From contig CP064958.1 of NCBI GenBank assembly GCA_016699085.1, forward strand, positions 409,375 to 473,374: a stretch of 64,000 nt of DNA. The letters are read 5' to 3'. The position numbers were made by a program, and so were the translations under genes. The stretch is from Candidatus Nomurabacteria bacterium. Lineage in GTDB: Bacteria > Patescibacteriota > Minisyncoccia > Phycocordibacterales > UBA9973. Of this stretch, positions 37,508 through 46,549 are shown piece after piece (position 1 is the stretch's first letter; each line of letters starts with the position of its first letter). The notes under the pieces are model-generated. The model ran no database searches. It saw only the letters and a program-made list of their open reading frames with translations, and had not been told where the DNA came from.

Positions 37508-37547
37508 ACAGTTGTCGTAATGCTAATTTTGGTTCAAATTCATTAGT

Positions 37548-38066
37548 ATGAAAATAAACATAGTTACAGATTGCACTGGCAACAAACAAGAGGTAATCAG
37601 AAATATATTTTCAGAAATATTTAAAAATGAGGCGATCGTAATATCTCTAAAAAAGGGCGAAAGCTTTGAAACTCCTCTAACACTAGAAGGCTTTCCATTA
37701 ACTGTAAAGAAACGGTTTCAGTGGATAAAGAAGAATATCGATAACCCTGATGTTTATATCGCAACTATCCAAAAGGGTTACTACTATTCTCATGGACTGT
37801 GGTACCTCTGTGCATGTGTGGGAGTTGCATATCCTTTAATGGGTCTTCTTACGGCAATGACATCGAGTGTTCCTGTGGATCAAAATTGTTCTGAGAAAAA
37901 ATCTCTCGACTTGTCCAAAAACATGAGTGATATCATTAAAGAGGAACATCCAGACTGGGATAAAGAAAATGGTTCTGTGTATGAATTATTTACAGCCGAG
38001 AATGAAACACTATGGCTTGAACAACCACTTCGCCACTGCCTCAAGTTTATTACTCATCGTAAGTAG
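37548..38066 (+). CDS. hypothetical protein, weak resemblance to inosine/xanthosine triphosphatase (YjjX/Maf-Ham1-like)
   Basis: N-terminal pattern IVTDCTGNKQEVIRNIFSEIF loosely resembles YjjX VVCATTNPAKIQAIL; low confidence. Confidence 0.25.
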   Translation: MKINIVTDCTGNKQEVIRNIFSEIFKNEAIVISLKKGESFETPLTLEGFPLTVKKRFQWIKKNIDNPDVYIATIQKGYYYSHGLWYLCACVGVAYPLMGLLTAMTSSVPVDQNCSEKKSLDLSKNMSDIIKEEHPDWDKENGSVYELFTAENETLWLEQPLRHCLKFITHRK

Positions 38067-38087
38067 GAATCTATAATCGAAAAGTTC

Positions 38088-38115
38088 AAAAGCCTTATAT
38101 AAGGCTTTTTTTATT
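38088..38115 (+). terminator. palindromic terminator aaagcctta-ta-taaggcttt + T-run
   Basis: after stop at 38066. Confidence 0.65.
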
Positions 38116-38129
38116 TTTCTTTTTTACTT

Positions 38130-38228
38130 GCGGAGGCGGTGAGATTCGCCGATACTGCGGCGGGTACTTTTCGACAAAATTCCTTAGAGTCTTTTGTAAC
38201 GAAAAATCTTTCGAATCTCACACACGAG
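38130..38228 (-). repeat. tRNA-Ser-3'-end-derived element E1 (~99 bp): copy of tRNA acceptor/T-arm 3' 20 nt + long hairpin
   Basis: minus strand ends CGAATCTCACCGCCTCCGC, matching the last 19 nt of tRNA-Ser at 38941 (the tRNA has T one base further 5'); shares blocks GGTACTTTTC / GAAAARTCTTTCGAAYCTCAC with E2. Confidence 0.6.
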
Positions 38229-38342
38229 TATATTAGTAACGTCACTGAATAGGCATGTAAACCAGGCTAGCTTTTGATATTGGGGAAGTTTTTGATTTAG
38301 GTGCATCTTTATTTTTTAAGATAGCACTTACCTGAGGTGATG

Positions 38343-38792
38343 TTACTGGGTGTTCATAAGTACCTGTTGAGCATGCGCAATAAGTTCTCGCATGTTCGTA
38401 GATTGCGTGTATCTTTCCAAAAATTCAGTAATAGGTATTACTTCTCTACTCAGGGCATCCTCGCTCGGAGTAAATTCGCCGAGTTTGAAATCATTTGTTG
38501 TGTAGACTAGCATAACCATATCTTTGTAGTTGCCTTGCGTGTTAGATTCCACAATTGCGAAAAGTCTCGGGTGAGAAAAAGTCGCCCCAGCTTCTTCTTG
38601 TACTTCACGAATGAGAGCTTGTTCAGGTGTCTCACCCTTTTCAATATGTCCACCCGGAATATCCCACCCCCTCTCATTTTCTATTGCAAGAATTTGGGAT
38701 CCATCAATCGCAACTAAAAATACTGCGCTCAGTAATTCCTCTTTTGGAAGGATTGTGTTCTCCTCTATATATGTAACAAAAAATTCTGGCAT
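38343..38792 (-). CDS. NUDIX hydrolase
   Basis: Nudix box GGHIEKGETPEQALIREVQEEAG. Confidence 0.7.
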   Translation of the reverse strand: MPEFFVTYIEENTILPKEELLSAVFLVAIDGSQILAIENERGWDIPGGHIEKGETPEQALIREVQEEAGATFSHPRLFAIVESNTQGNYKDMVMLVYTTNDFKLGEFTPSEDALSREVIPITEFLERYTQSTNMRELIAHAQQVLMNTQ

Positions 38793-38804
38793 ATTCTAAA
38801 AAAT

Positions 38805-38897
38805 GCGGAGGGGGTGAGATTCAGCTACCTACAGAGCCTGGTACTTTTCCACCTTGCTACGCTCGTACGGAAAAGTCTTTCGAACCTCACCCGCATG
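38805..38897 (-). repeat. tRNA-Ser-3'-end-derived element E2 (~93 bp); on the minus strand a long hairpin followed by AUUUUUU, 6 nt before the NUDIX start
   Basis: minus strand ends GAATCTCACCCCCTCCGC + ATTTTTT; internal conserved blocks as E1. Confidence 0.6.
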
Positions 38898-38940
38898 TGA
38901 AGCAGTTCACATGCTCGCCAGCGCTTTCGCGAAGCTCAAG

Positions 38941-39027
38941 CGGAGGCGGTGAGATTCGAACTCACGGACCCGGTAAAGGGTCGACAGTTTAGTAAACTGT
39001 TGATTTAAACCACTCATCCACGCCTCC
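38941..39027 (-). tRNA. class II (long variable arm) Ser-type tRNA with anticodon loop UUACUAA (apparent anticodon ACU)
   Basis: acceptor GGAGGCG/CGCCTCC, discriminator G, D-loop GAGTGGTT, T-arm GTGAG-TTCGAAT-CTCAC, variable arm GACCC..GGGTC; anticodon stem ACAGT/ACTGT. Confidence 0.7.
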
Positions 39028-39130
39028 AATATATTTTTTTTTAACAAGATTCTCCCTCGACTTTCTTTTCGTCGCCACTCAAAGAAGTCTGGTCACCAGC
39101 TCATCCATTTTTTCTGCTGAAAAAATATGA

Positions 39131-39213
39131 TTCCGCTGTTCGAATCTCACACGCAACGTGCGCAGGCACGTTGCTCGTCTCCGCAAAGTTTTTCTCTTCG
39201 CTAAAAGACTTTG
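39131..39213 (+). repeat. plus-oriented tRNA-Ser-3'-like fragment E3 (TTCGAATCTCACAC + 9-bp hairpin GCAACGTGC/GCACGTTGC + CTCGTCTCCGCAAAGT)
   Basis: forms a 14-bp inverted repeat with the real 3' end/flank of tRNA-Ser(GCU). Confidence 0.5.
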
Positions 39214-39298
39214 CGGAGACGGCGAGATTCGAACTCGCGAGGGCTTTCACCCTGCCTCCTTAGCAAGGAGGTACGTTAGACCACTCTGACACGTCTCC
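39214..39298 (-). tRNA. tRNA-Ser (anticodon GCU), 85 nt
   Basis: acceptor GGAGACG/CGTCTCC, anticodon arm CCTCC-TTGCTAA-GGAGG, long variable arm, T-arm GCGAG-TTCGAAT-CTCGC, discriminator G. Confidence 0.85.
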
Positions 39299-39447
39299 AT
39301 ACTATATATAATTGTGAGGTTAATTTAGCATATTATTTCAAGTTTTGAAAACTTGATTTTAATCAATGTTTTATTGCATTCAAGATTGCCAAATATTCTT
39401 TTGACAATACATAAAGTAGATGGTATGTTTCGTGCAACTAAACTTCT

Positions 39448-40989
39448 TTGCAAATGAAGAAAACTCAGATTCTTATAGTTGATTTTGGCTGTCAGTATAC
39501 GCTTGTCATTAGGCGTACCTTATCAGAACTTGGTTACCAGTCGTATGTCATCAGTCCCGAAAAAGTGTCGGAATATTTAGAAGAACATTCGCCGAAGGCT
39601 GTTATTCTTTCAGGTAGCAATGCGAGCGTCTATGATGAAAATGCACCGACCATTCCGCGAGATCTTTTGGAAGGAAATTACTTCGTGCTTGGCATCTGCT
39701 ATGGCATGCAATTGATCTCTTATTTATTAGATACATTATCTGTTATCCGTGGTGATGAAAAACAGAAAGGTTACGGAGGTGTACAGGTGAAGCAGTATAC
39801 AAGGAGCGTTCTCTTTGAGGGGTTGACTCATGAATTCCGTGTATGGGCAAGCCATGGAGATGTTGTTGCTCGAGTTCCGGCAGGCTTTACGATTACTGCG
39901 CTATCAGAGCAAGGTACCTCACAAGTTATTGAAGGGATGCAAAGTGAGACGAACAAGATTTTCGGCGTACAATTCCATCCGGAAGTTATCCAGACGGAAG
40001 ACAATAATCACATTCTGAAAAATTTTGTTGAGCTTGCGGGATGTCATATCGATTGGAAACCTGATCAGACGATTGAATTCATACAGAGTGAGGCATTGGA
40101 AGCGATCGGCGAGGGTAAGGCCCTTCTCGGTGTCAGTGGCGGTGTCGATTCGATGACACTTGCAAGGATTTTATCGCCAAAATTAAAAAACAGGCTCTTT
40201 GCCTGTATTATTGACCATGGCGGTATGAGGAAGCATGAAGTGGCTGATGTTTGTGAAGTTGCAAAAATAGCTGGGATTGATCTTCGTGTCATTGATGCGA
40301 GCGACTATTTTCTCGAAACGATTGGGGACGCAGTAGATCCTGAAGAAAAGAGGAAAAGATTTCAGAAGGCATATGCAAAAACATTTGAGAAAATCATTGT
40401 CGAAGAGAAGATTACGCATATGATACAGGGGACGCTCGCAACAGACCTTATTGAGTCAGCGCATGCAGGCAAATCCTCGCATATTAAGACTCATCACAAT
40501 GTCGGACTCGCGTTCTCAATACCTGAGATCATGCCGTTTCGCAATCTGTTCAAGTATGAAGTACGTGCTATTGCTCACACGCTCGGACTAGATAAAGCGA
40601 TCGCAGAACGCAAACCGTTTCCAGGACCTGGTGAGTATTTGCGAATTCTTGGAATTCCAGTGACGAAAAAGTTACTCGAAGTTGTCAGTTGGGCGGATGA
40701 TGCTATTACTGAAATTCTTAAGACAGAGAATTGCTATGATGATATCTCACAACTAGTCATCGCCTTAAATGGGGTAGAGACAGTAGGGATAAAAGGTAGT
40801 GCAAGATCTCTTTCGTATGCTATTGTTGTGCGGCCGGTCAAAAGTTCTGACTATATGACAACAAAGGCGTTCTACATTCCTGAAAGTGTTATGGAGCTCG
40901 TTACGAATGAAGTGACGAAGCACGAGCTCATCAACAGAGTGTGGTGGGATTATACACCTAAGCCACCAGCAACAACTGAATTTCAATAA
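39448..40989 (+). CDS. guaA: GMP synthase (glutamine-hydrolysing)
   Basis: GATase Cys motif LGICYGMQL, PP-loop SGGVDS, C-terminal dimerisation domain. Confidence 0.9.
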   Translation: MQMKKTQILIVDFGCQYTLVIRRTLSELGYQSYVISPEKVSEYLEEHSPKAVILSGSNASVYDENAPTIPRDLLEGNYFVLGICYGMQLISYLLDTLSVIRGDEKQKGYGGVQVKQYTRSVLFEGLTHEFRVWASHGDVVARVPAGFTITALSEQGTSQVIEGMQSETNKIFGVQFHPEVIQTEDNNHILKNFVELAGCHIDWKPDQTIEFIQSEALEAIGEGKALLGVSGGVDSMTLARILSPKLKNRLFACIIDHGGMRKHEVADVCEVAKIAGIDLRVIDASDYFLETIGDAVDPEEKRKRFQKAYAKTFEKIIVEEKITHMIQGTLATDLIESAHAGKSSHIKTHHNVGLAFSIPEIMPFRNLFKYEVRAIAHTLGLDKAIAERKPFPGPGEYLRILGIPVTKKLLEVVSWADDAITEILKTENCYDDISQLVIALNGVETVGIKGSARSLSYAIVVRPVKSSDYMTTKAFYIPESVMELVTNEVTKHELINRVWWDYTPKPPATTEFQ

Positions 40990-40996
40990 ATTAACA

Positions 40997-41028
40997 AAAC
41001 TGCAGCCGTTGGTTGCAGTTTTTTTTGT
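40997..41028 (+). terminator. terminator aactgca-loop-tgcagtt + T8
   Basis: 7-bp stem then tttttttt after guaA. Confidence 0.6.
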
Positions 41029-41074
41029 CTATTATCTTCATGAATAATTCATGAGGGCGTATTACAATAGAGAT

Positions 41075-41740
41075 ATGAAAGTATTGGTTGTCGAAGATAA
41101 TAAAAAACTTGCCGATGTGATGAAGCGCGGCCTTGAGCAGGAAGGCTTTGCTGTTGATACGCTCGGCGAGGGAATAGCAGCTGAGAAGCGAATACTGTTA
41201 AACACGATTGAGTACGATCTGGTTATTCTCGATCGTATGCTCCCTGGCAAAGATGGTGTTAGTATTTGCAGGTTTTGGCGTGCAGCGGATGTCACGATTC
41301 CTGTTATTATGCTTACTGCACTCGATACAACCAATGACAAAGTACTCGGTCTTGATGCTGGGGCAGATGATTATCTCGCCAAGCCATTTGCATTCGAAGA
41401 GCTTGTTGCTCGTGTGCGTGCACTCATGCGCCGACCAAAACAGTTAGAAGAAAATAAACTACAAGTGCAAGATATCATACTCGATACTACAGAGCATCGA
41501 GTTACAAAAGATGATACAGAAATAACTCTTACCCTTAAAGAATTTATGGTGCTTGAATACTTGATGCGTCATTGTGGTAAAGTCATTACTCGAGATACGC
41601 TGTATGACCATGCTTGGGATTTTGCTGACTCAACCCTTTCAAATACGGTCGATGTGCATATCAAAAATATCAGAAAAAAACTACATGACAATGGAACACT
41701 TATTGCGACCGTTCGCGGTGTTGGTTACAAAATGGAATAA
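41075..41740 (+). CDS. OmpR-family response regulator (start at MKVLVVEDN; track ORF from 41051)
   Basis: receiver D...DLVILDRMLPGKDG + winged-helix C-term. Confidence 0.8.
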   Translation: MKVLVVEDNKKLADVMKRGLEQEGFAVDTLGEGIAAEKRILLNTIEYDLVILDRMLPGKDGVSICRFWRAADVTIPVIMLTALDTTNDKVLGLDAGADDYLAKPFAFEELVARVRALMRRPKQLEENKLQVQDIILDTTEHRVTKDDTEITLTLKEFMVLEYLMRHCGKVITRDTLYDHAWDFADSTLSNTVDVHIKNIRKKLHDNGTLIATVRGVGYKME

Positions 41741-41771
41741 TGATGAACTGTTTGCTGCCCGGGTAAAGTTG

Positions 41772-42704
41772 ATGCTTCTCTATACGGGGACGACGGTCGT
41801 GCTTCTGGGTACTTTTAGTTATCTGCTTTTTAGTTCCATTCAAACACAGCTTGGAACTTCGATACGTGAGCAAGTTGCTGATCCCATATTGCAAATACTC
41901 ATTCTTGATAAGGCAAACGAAGTGCTCAAAAGCCGAATTATTTTTGCTGATCTAGTCGTGCTTGGTTTTGTTATTGTCATAGGGCTTCTCTTGACCGAGC
42001 GAACACTTGCCCCAGTACGAAAATCTATAAATCGTGAGCGGCGTTTTGTTGCTAATGCTTCCCATGAGCTCCGCACACCACTTGCTGTTATGAAAACAAA
42101 TATTGAAGTTGCACTTCGTAATGAAAAAATGCCAAGTAGTCTCGCCCGAGAGACACTCGAAAATGTGCTCGTCGAAGTCAATGATATGACGACACTTGCT
42201 AATACACTTCTTGATCTTGCAAGGCAGAGAGAAAATACTATGACTACAGCAAGTGTTCCATTAATTGATGTTGTTACTGCTGCTGTGAAAAAATTGCAGC
42301 CGCTTCTGGATGAAAAGGGAATCATTGCGAATGTCTTTGCAGAAGCTACGGATATCACAATACAGGGAGATAACATAGCGCTTTTGCAGATGTCCTACAA
42401 CATCTTGAATAATGCCATCCAATATAGTGAACGAGGAGATACGATTACGGTCAAAATTAAGAGAGATGATCTTGGTACTATTACTATTACTTTTGCTGAT
42501 ACGGGCATGGGCATTGCAAAAGATAAACTAGCATTTATTTTGCAGCCATTTTTCCGAGCAAACGATACGCATGATGGAACATTAAGTACTGGGCTTGGTC
42601 TTGCTATCGTCAAAGAGATAGTTGACCGTCATTATGGTTCGATCAATATAGAGAGTGAATTAGGCAAAGGGACGACAGTAGTAATAAGTTTTCCAAATAT
42701 CTAA
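41772..42704 (+). CDS. membrane sensor histidine kinase (2 TM); track ORF 41574 start overlaps the RR gene, real start likely ATG 41772
   Basis: H-box ANASHELRTPLAV, HATPase GMGIAKDKL...GLGLAIVKEIV. Confidence 0.75.
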   Translation: MLLYTGTTVVLLGTFSYLLFSSIQTQLGTSIREQVADPILQILILDKANEVLKSRIIFADLVVLGFVIVIGLLLTERTLAPVRKSINRERRFVANASHELRTPLAVMKTNIEVALRNEKMPSSLARETLENVLVEVNDMTTLANTLLDLARQRENTMTTASVPLIDVVTAAVKKLQPLLDEKGIIANVFAEATDITIQGDNIALLQMSYNILNNAIQYSERGDTITVKIKRDDLGTITITFADTGMGIAKDKLAFILQPFFRANDTHDGTLSTGLGLAIVKEIVDRHYGSINIESELGKGTTVVISFPNI

Positions 42705-42711
42705 CAATTAC

Positions 42712-43362
42712 TTAATGCGCGACAGTAAACATGTAGACTTTTTTAGCTCCTGCAGATTTGAGTGCACGGGTTGCATCTTTGAGTGTGGCACCAGTGGTCG
42801 TTACATCATCGATCAAAAATATTGTCTGACCAAGAAGTGAGATATTTTTCTTAGCTGCAAAAACGCCTTCGACGTTCTTGAGTCGTTCCTGTCGGTTCTT
42901 GATCCTGGCTTGAGGTTCAGTATTTTTTATTTTCTCTAATATGCCGATACCATTTTTGAATAATTTTTCATGATCTGATGCAAGTATGGCTCGAACTAAA
43001 AGCTCGCTTTGGTTATAGCCGCGCTTGCGTTTGCGAGATTTACTAATGGGGATGGGAACTATGATCGGCGGATTACTTTTGCCGATGAGCTTTATCTCGA
43101 CGTATTCCTCGAGGAGTTTTTCATAGAGCGCTTTGCCTAAATTCTCTGCAATGCCACGTTTGTTTTTATACTTCAAGACCCAAAGCGCATGCTTTACTAT
43201 TGGATTTCTGTAATCAAAGAGACTAGTTGCTTTTGAATCTTTGTTTTCTCTGGGTTCATCAAATTTACTAATACAAGAAAAACATAAAAATTCACCTTTT
43301 TTCTTACACGAGAGGCAGTAGGTAGGGAAGATGATGTCTAAAATCATCCTATAAAAATTCAT
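42712..43362 (-). CDS. comFC: competence protein ComF (ComFC-like phosphoribosyltransferase with N-terminal zinc finger)
   Basis: CLSC..CFSC zinc ribbon, PRTase motif IFLIDDVTTTGATL. Confidence 0.75.
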   Translation of the reverse strand: MNFYRMILDIIFPTYCLSCKKKGEFLCFSCISKFDEPRENKDSKATSLFDYRNPIVKHALWVLKYKNKRGIAENLGKALYEKLLEEYVEIKLIGKSNPPIIVPIPISKSRKRKRGYNQSELLVRAILASDHEKLFKNGIGILEKIKNTEPQARIKNRQERLKNVEGVFAAKKNISLLGQTIFLIDDVTTTGATLKDATRALKSAGAKKVYMFTVAH

Positions 43363-43398
43363 ATACTATATGATATACTACATACGTATTTTTCTCAT

Positions 43399-44529
43399 AT
43401 GAATCCATTCTCAAAAATCTTATCAACTGGTTTGTCTGCATTTAGTAGTGGCAATAAAGGCGAGAGTGTTGTTGGTATTGATATTGGTTCATCCGCTATC
43501 AAAGTTGTTCAACTTAGGCGCAAAGGTGCAAAAGCAATCCTCGAAACCTATGGCGCACTCGCGCTTGGGCCGTATGCTGGAGTAGAAGTTGGTCATACGA
43601 CTAATTTGCCGCCAGATAAATTAAGCCTAGCCCTTACCGATGTGCTTCGAGAAGCAAGTATTACGACTAAAGAGTGTGCGATTTCAATCCCGGCAGCTTC
43701 GAGCTTGGTGTTTCTGATAAACTTGCCATCATCAATTTCAGAAAAAGAATTGCCGAACGTCATTGCAACTGAAGCCCGCAAATATATCCCGGTACCCATA
43801 ACTGAAGTCTCCCTCGATTGGTGGATTATTCCAAAGAAAGAGGAATCTTTTGAGGAAAGTCCGACCGAAGGGGCAATGGTAGCAAAACGAGAAATTCTTA
43901 TTGCAGCAATTCATAATGAAACGATTCAAAAATACCGAGATATCGTGAAGTCTACTGCGCTTGATGCTTCCTTTTTTGAAATTGAACTTTTCTCGAGCAT
44001 ACGAAGTAGCTTCAATCATGAGCTCTCGACGGTGCTTATTATCGATATGGGGGCTATGAAAACCAAGCTTTCAATTATTGAATATGGCATTGTGCATAAA
44101 TTCCATACTATTAATCGCGGGTCGCAGGATATTAGTAGTGCACTCGCAACGTCGCTTAATGTTACTTTTTTGCAAGGTGAACAAACTAAGCGTGAATTTG
44201 GACTCCTCGGTAACCCAGCTGATCCGAGCGTTGCACAAGTCGTCAAATTATCGATTGATTATATTTTATCTGAAACAGCTAGTGTTATTTTAAATTATGA
44301 GCGTGAACAAAATAAAACCATCAGTAAGGTTATTTTGACAGGTGGGGGAGTACTGTTGAAAGGTTTCTTGCCGGCGGCACAGGAAGCATTTAAAAGTGAA
44401 GTCATTTTGGCCAAGCCATTTGATAAAGTAGAAGCACCAGCATTTCTCGATAAGGTATTGGAGAGTGCAGGACCTGAATTTGCCGTTGCTGCAGGTCTCG
44501 CACTTCGACAACTTGAGCAGAATAGTTAG
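43399..44529 (+). CDS. pilM: type IV pilus assembly protein PilM (actin-like ATPase fold)
   Basis: VVGIDIGSSAIKVVQL N-terminal sugar-kinase/actin motif, locus context. Confidence 0.75.
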   Translation: MNPFSKILSTGLSAFSSGNKGESVVGIDIGSSAIKVVQLRRKGAKAILETYGALALGPYAGVEVGHTTNLPPDKLSLALTDVLREASITTKECAISIPAASSLVFLINLPSSISEKELPNVIATEARKYIPVPITEVSLDWWIIPKKEESFEESPTEGAMVAKREILIAAIHNETIQKYRDIVKSTALDASFFEIELFSSIRSSFNHELSTVLIIDMGAMKTKLSIIEYGIVHKFHTINRGSQDISSALATSLNVTFLQGEQTKREFGLLGNPADPSVAQVVKLSIDYILSETASVILNYEREQNKTISKVILTGGGVLLKGFLPAAQEAFKSEVILAKPFDKVEAPAFLDKVLESAGPEFAVAAGLALRQLEQNS

Positions 44530-44605
44530 GTTATACACTATACATTGCACACGTTGCATATTAGAATGAGAGTAGTTATTTATTTTTTTAGTTTATTCCT
44601 TCTCA

Positions 44606-45322
44606 ATGGATAAAGAAGCTCAAACATCTTTCATACCCAAGAAATCACTTTCTGAAGAACGAATACAATCGTCTCAGCCAGTTTCGCTCACTGTATTTAT
44701 TGGTACGATCATATTTTTTGCATCAATTGCAGCCGCAGCAGGTGCGTATTTTTATCATGCAGTGCTCGTCAAGCGCGTAGATGATATGTCAAATCAGCTT
44801 GAGCTCGCTAAATCACGCTTTGAACCATCGCTTATCAATGATTTACAGACGCTCGATAGGAGGATAAACGGTTCTGATCAGTTACTTGCAGGACATACGA
44901 TTGTAAGCCCCTTGCTTGATTCATTACAAGCTCTGACGTTAAAGACGATCAGGTATACTAAATTTGATTATGATATCGGCAAGTCTGATACTACGCTTGG
45001 TACAGATGTCGTCGTTAATATGGACGGTCAATCTGCAAGTGGTTATACACCAATCGCGCTTCAGGCAGATGTATTTTCACAAAATAAATATATCAAAGAC
45101 CCTGTCTTTTCTAGCTTAACGATTGATCCATTTGGTAAAGTAAATTTTCATCTCACTTTTTCAGTTGATAGATCATTTGTCTCATATCAAGAAATGATTA
45201 ATCGTCAAGCTGGCATACCTCAGGCTCCAGAAAACACTATAATAACCGTGCCAGCAGAACCAATACTTTCTCCAGCACAGCCGTCACCTGCATTACCAAC
45301 TAATAGTACAACCACCAACTAG
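44606..45322 (+). CDS. pilN: PilN-like pilus assembly protein (single N-terminal TM)
   Basis: TM + coiled coil, follows pilM. Confidence 0.5.
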   Translation: MDKEAQTSFIPKKSLSEERIQSSQPVSLTVFIGTIIFFASIAAAAGAYFYHAVLVKRVDDMSNQLELAKSRFEPSLINDLQTLDRRINGSDQLLAGHTIVSPLLDSLQALTLKTIRYTKFDYDIGKSDTTLGTDVVVNMDGQSASGYTPIALQADVFSQNKYIKDPVFSSLTIDPFGKVNFHLTFSVDRSFVSYQEMINRQAGIPQAPENTIITVPAEPILSPAQPSPALPTNSTTTN

Positions 45323-45323
45323 T

Positions 45324-45896
45324 ATGTTGCGCTTTATTTTCCCAGCTGTACTAGTCTCCCTTGCGATTGGGCTTTTCTTATTGGTAACCAATCCAATGTA
45401 TAAAGAGGTCAAAGAGTTACAAGTCAAAGAAGCAGCGTTTGGTCAGGCACTTGCCAATGCCAAACAACTTGAAGAAAAGCGAGATGAGCTGGTAGCAAAG
45501 TATAATGAATTTTCTCCAGAACAAATTGAGCAGTTGCGCAAACTATTACCTGACAATGTCGACAATATTCGCCTTATTCTTGAAATCGATTCTGTTGCGG
45601 CCAAGTATGGCATGTCACTTACGAATGTCAGTGTCAGTCCAACTCTTAAGAAAGATGCATCAGGCAAGCCAATCGATGAAGGTGGTGCCGCACTTGCGCT
45701 CCAGGACCAGGAATACGGTCTGTTTGATATGTCATTTGCCGTTCAGACGAATTACGAGAATTTTTATACATTTCTAAAAGATATTGAGCAAGGGCTACGC
45801 ATTGTTGATATTCAAAGTATATCGTTTGATGCGATTAGTGATAAAGACTTGTACATCTTTAATTTTAAAATTCGTACCTATTGGCTTAAGAATTAA
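45324..45896 (+). CDS. pilO: PilO-like pilus assembly protein
   Basis: N-terminal TM + coiled coil; operon position. Confidence 0.45.
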   Translation: MLRFIFPAVLVSLAIGLFLLVTNPMYKEVKELQVKEAAFGQALANAKQLEEKRDELVAKYNEFSPEQIEQLRKLLPDNVDNIRLILEIDSVAAKYGMSLTNVSVSPTLKKDASGKPIDEGGAALALQDQEYGLFDMSFAVQTNYENFYTFLKDIEQGLRIVDIQSISFDAISDKDLYIFNFKIRTYWLKN

Positions 45897-45898
45897 CT

Positions 45899-46531
45899 AT
45901 GGGAAAGATTATCAAAAAAATAATAATTTTTATTGTCGTCGCTGGGATTTTGTTTGTGGCATACACCTTTATTTCTGGTAAGAAAGATTCAACCGATACC
46001 TTGGTTACTGTTGGCGAAACTCCAGAGATGCAGACTACAGGCACAAGTGTTGGAGAAGATTTTCTCAATACGCTACTTAACATGCAGGCAATAAAACTAA
46101 ACGGAGATATTTTCTCCAATCCATCTTTCACAAGCTTGAAAGATTATAGTATAACGCTTGTGCAATTAGGTAATCAGGGGCGTGCAAATCCTTTTGCACC
46201 AATTGGGGCTGATACTTCAGAGAGTACTGTTGTCCCAACAGTCCAAATTACGACTAATCCTGTTACTCAAACAACACAATCATCTGCTGTTGCAAATGGT
46301 GTACTTGCAAGTGGTATGATTGCCACCGAACGATGGTTTGAATGGGGATTGACGCAGACATTAGGTGCGGTTACGGTAAAACAAACTAGTAGTACGGTAC
46401 CATTTACAGCTACTATTGCAGGATTGTCTCCAGCGACAACCTACTATGTAAAAGCGGCAGCAAAGATTGATGGTCAAATAGTGTATGGAAGCGTTATCTC
46501 CTTCAAGACCTTAAGTGCTGGACTTAATTAG
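45899..46531 (+). CDS. membrane-anchored hypothetical (PilP/PilQ-substitute-like?)
   Basis: N-terminal TM, Thr/Ser-rich; operon position. Confidence 0.3.
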   Translation: MGKIIKKIIIFIVVAGILFVAYTFISGKKDSTDTLVTVGETPEMQTTGTSVGEDFLNTLLNMQAIKLNGDIFSNPSFTSLKDYSITLVQLGNQGRANPFAPIGADTSESTVVPTVQITTNPVTQTTQSSAVANGVLASGMIATERWFEWGLTQTLGAVTVKQTSSTVPFTATIAGLSPATTYYVKAAAKIDGQIVYGSVISFKTLSAGLN

Positions 46532-46549
46532 TGATCATTTTGAATTTAT

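Noticed and set aside
38130-38897. Interpreting E1/E2 as functional split or intron-containing tRNA genes
   Set aside because: They contain only the 3' ~20 nt of a tRNA plus unrelated hairpins. No 5' acceptor/D/anticodon counterparts are present, so they cannot yield a tRNA.
41574-41771. 5' extension of the histidine-kinase ORF overlapping the response-regulator gene by 167 nt
   Set aside because: The overlap is in a different frame inside a well-conserved OmpR-family C-terminus. An in-frame ATG at 41772 just after the RR stop gives a normal two-TM kinase start.
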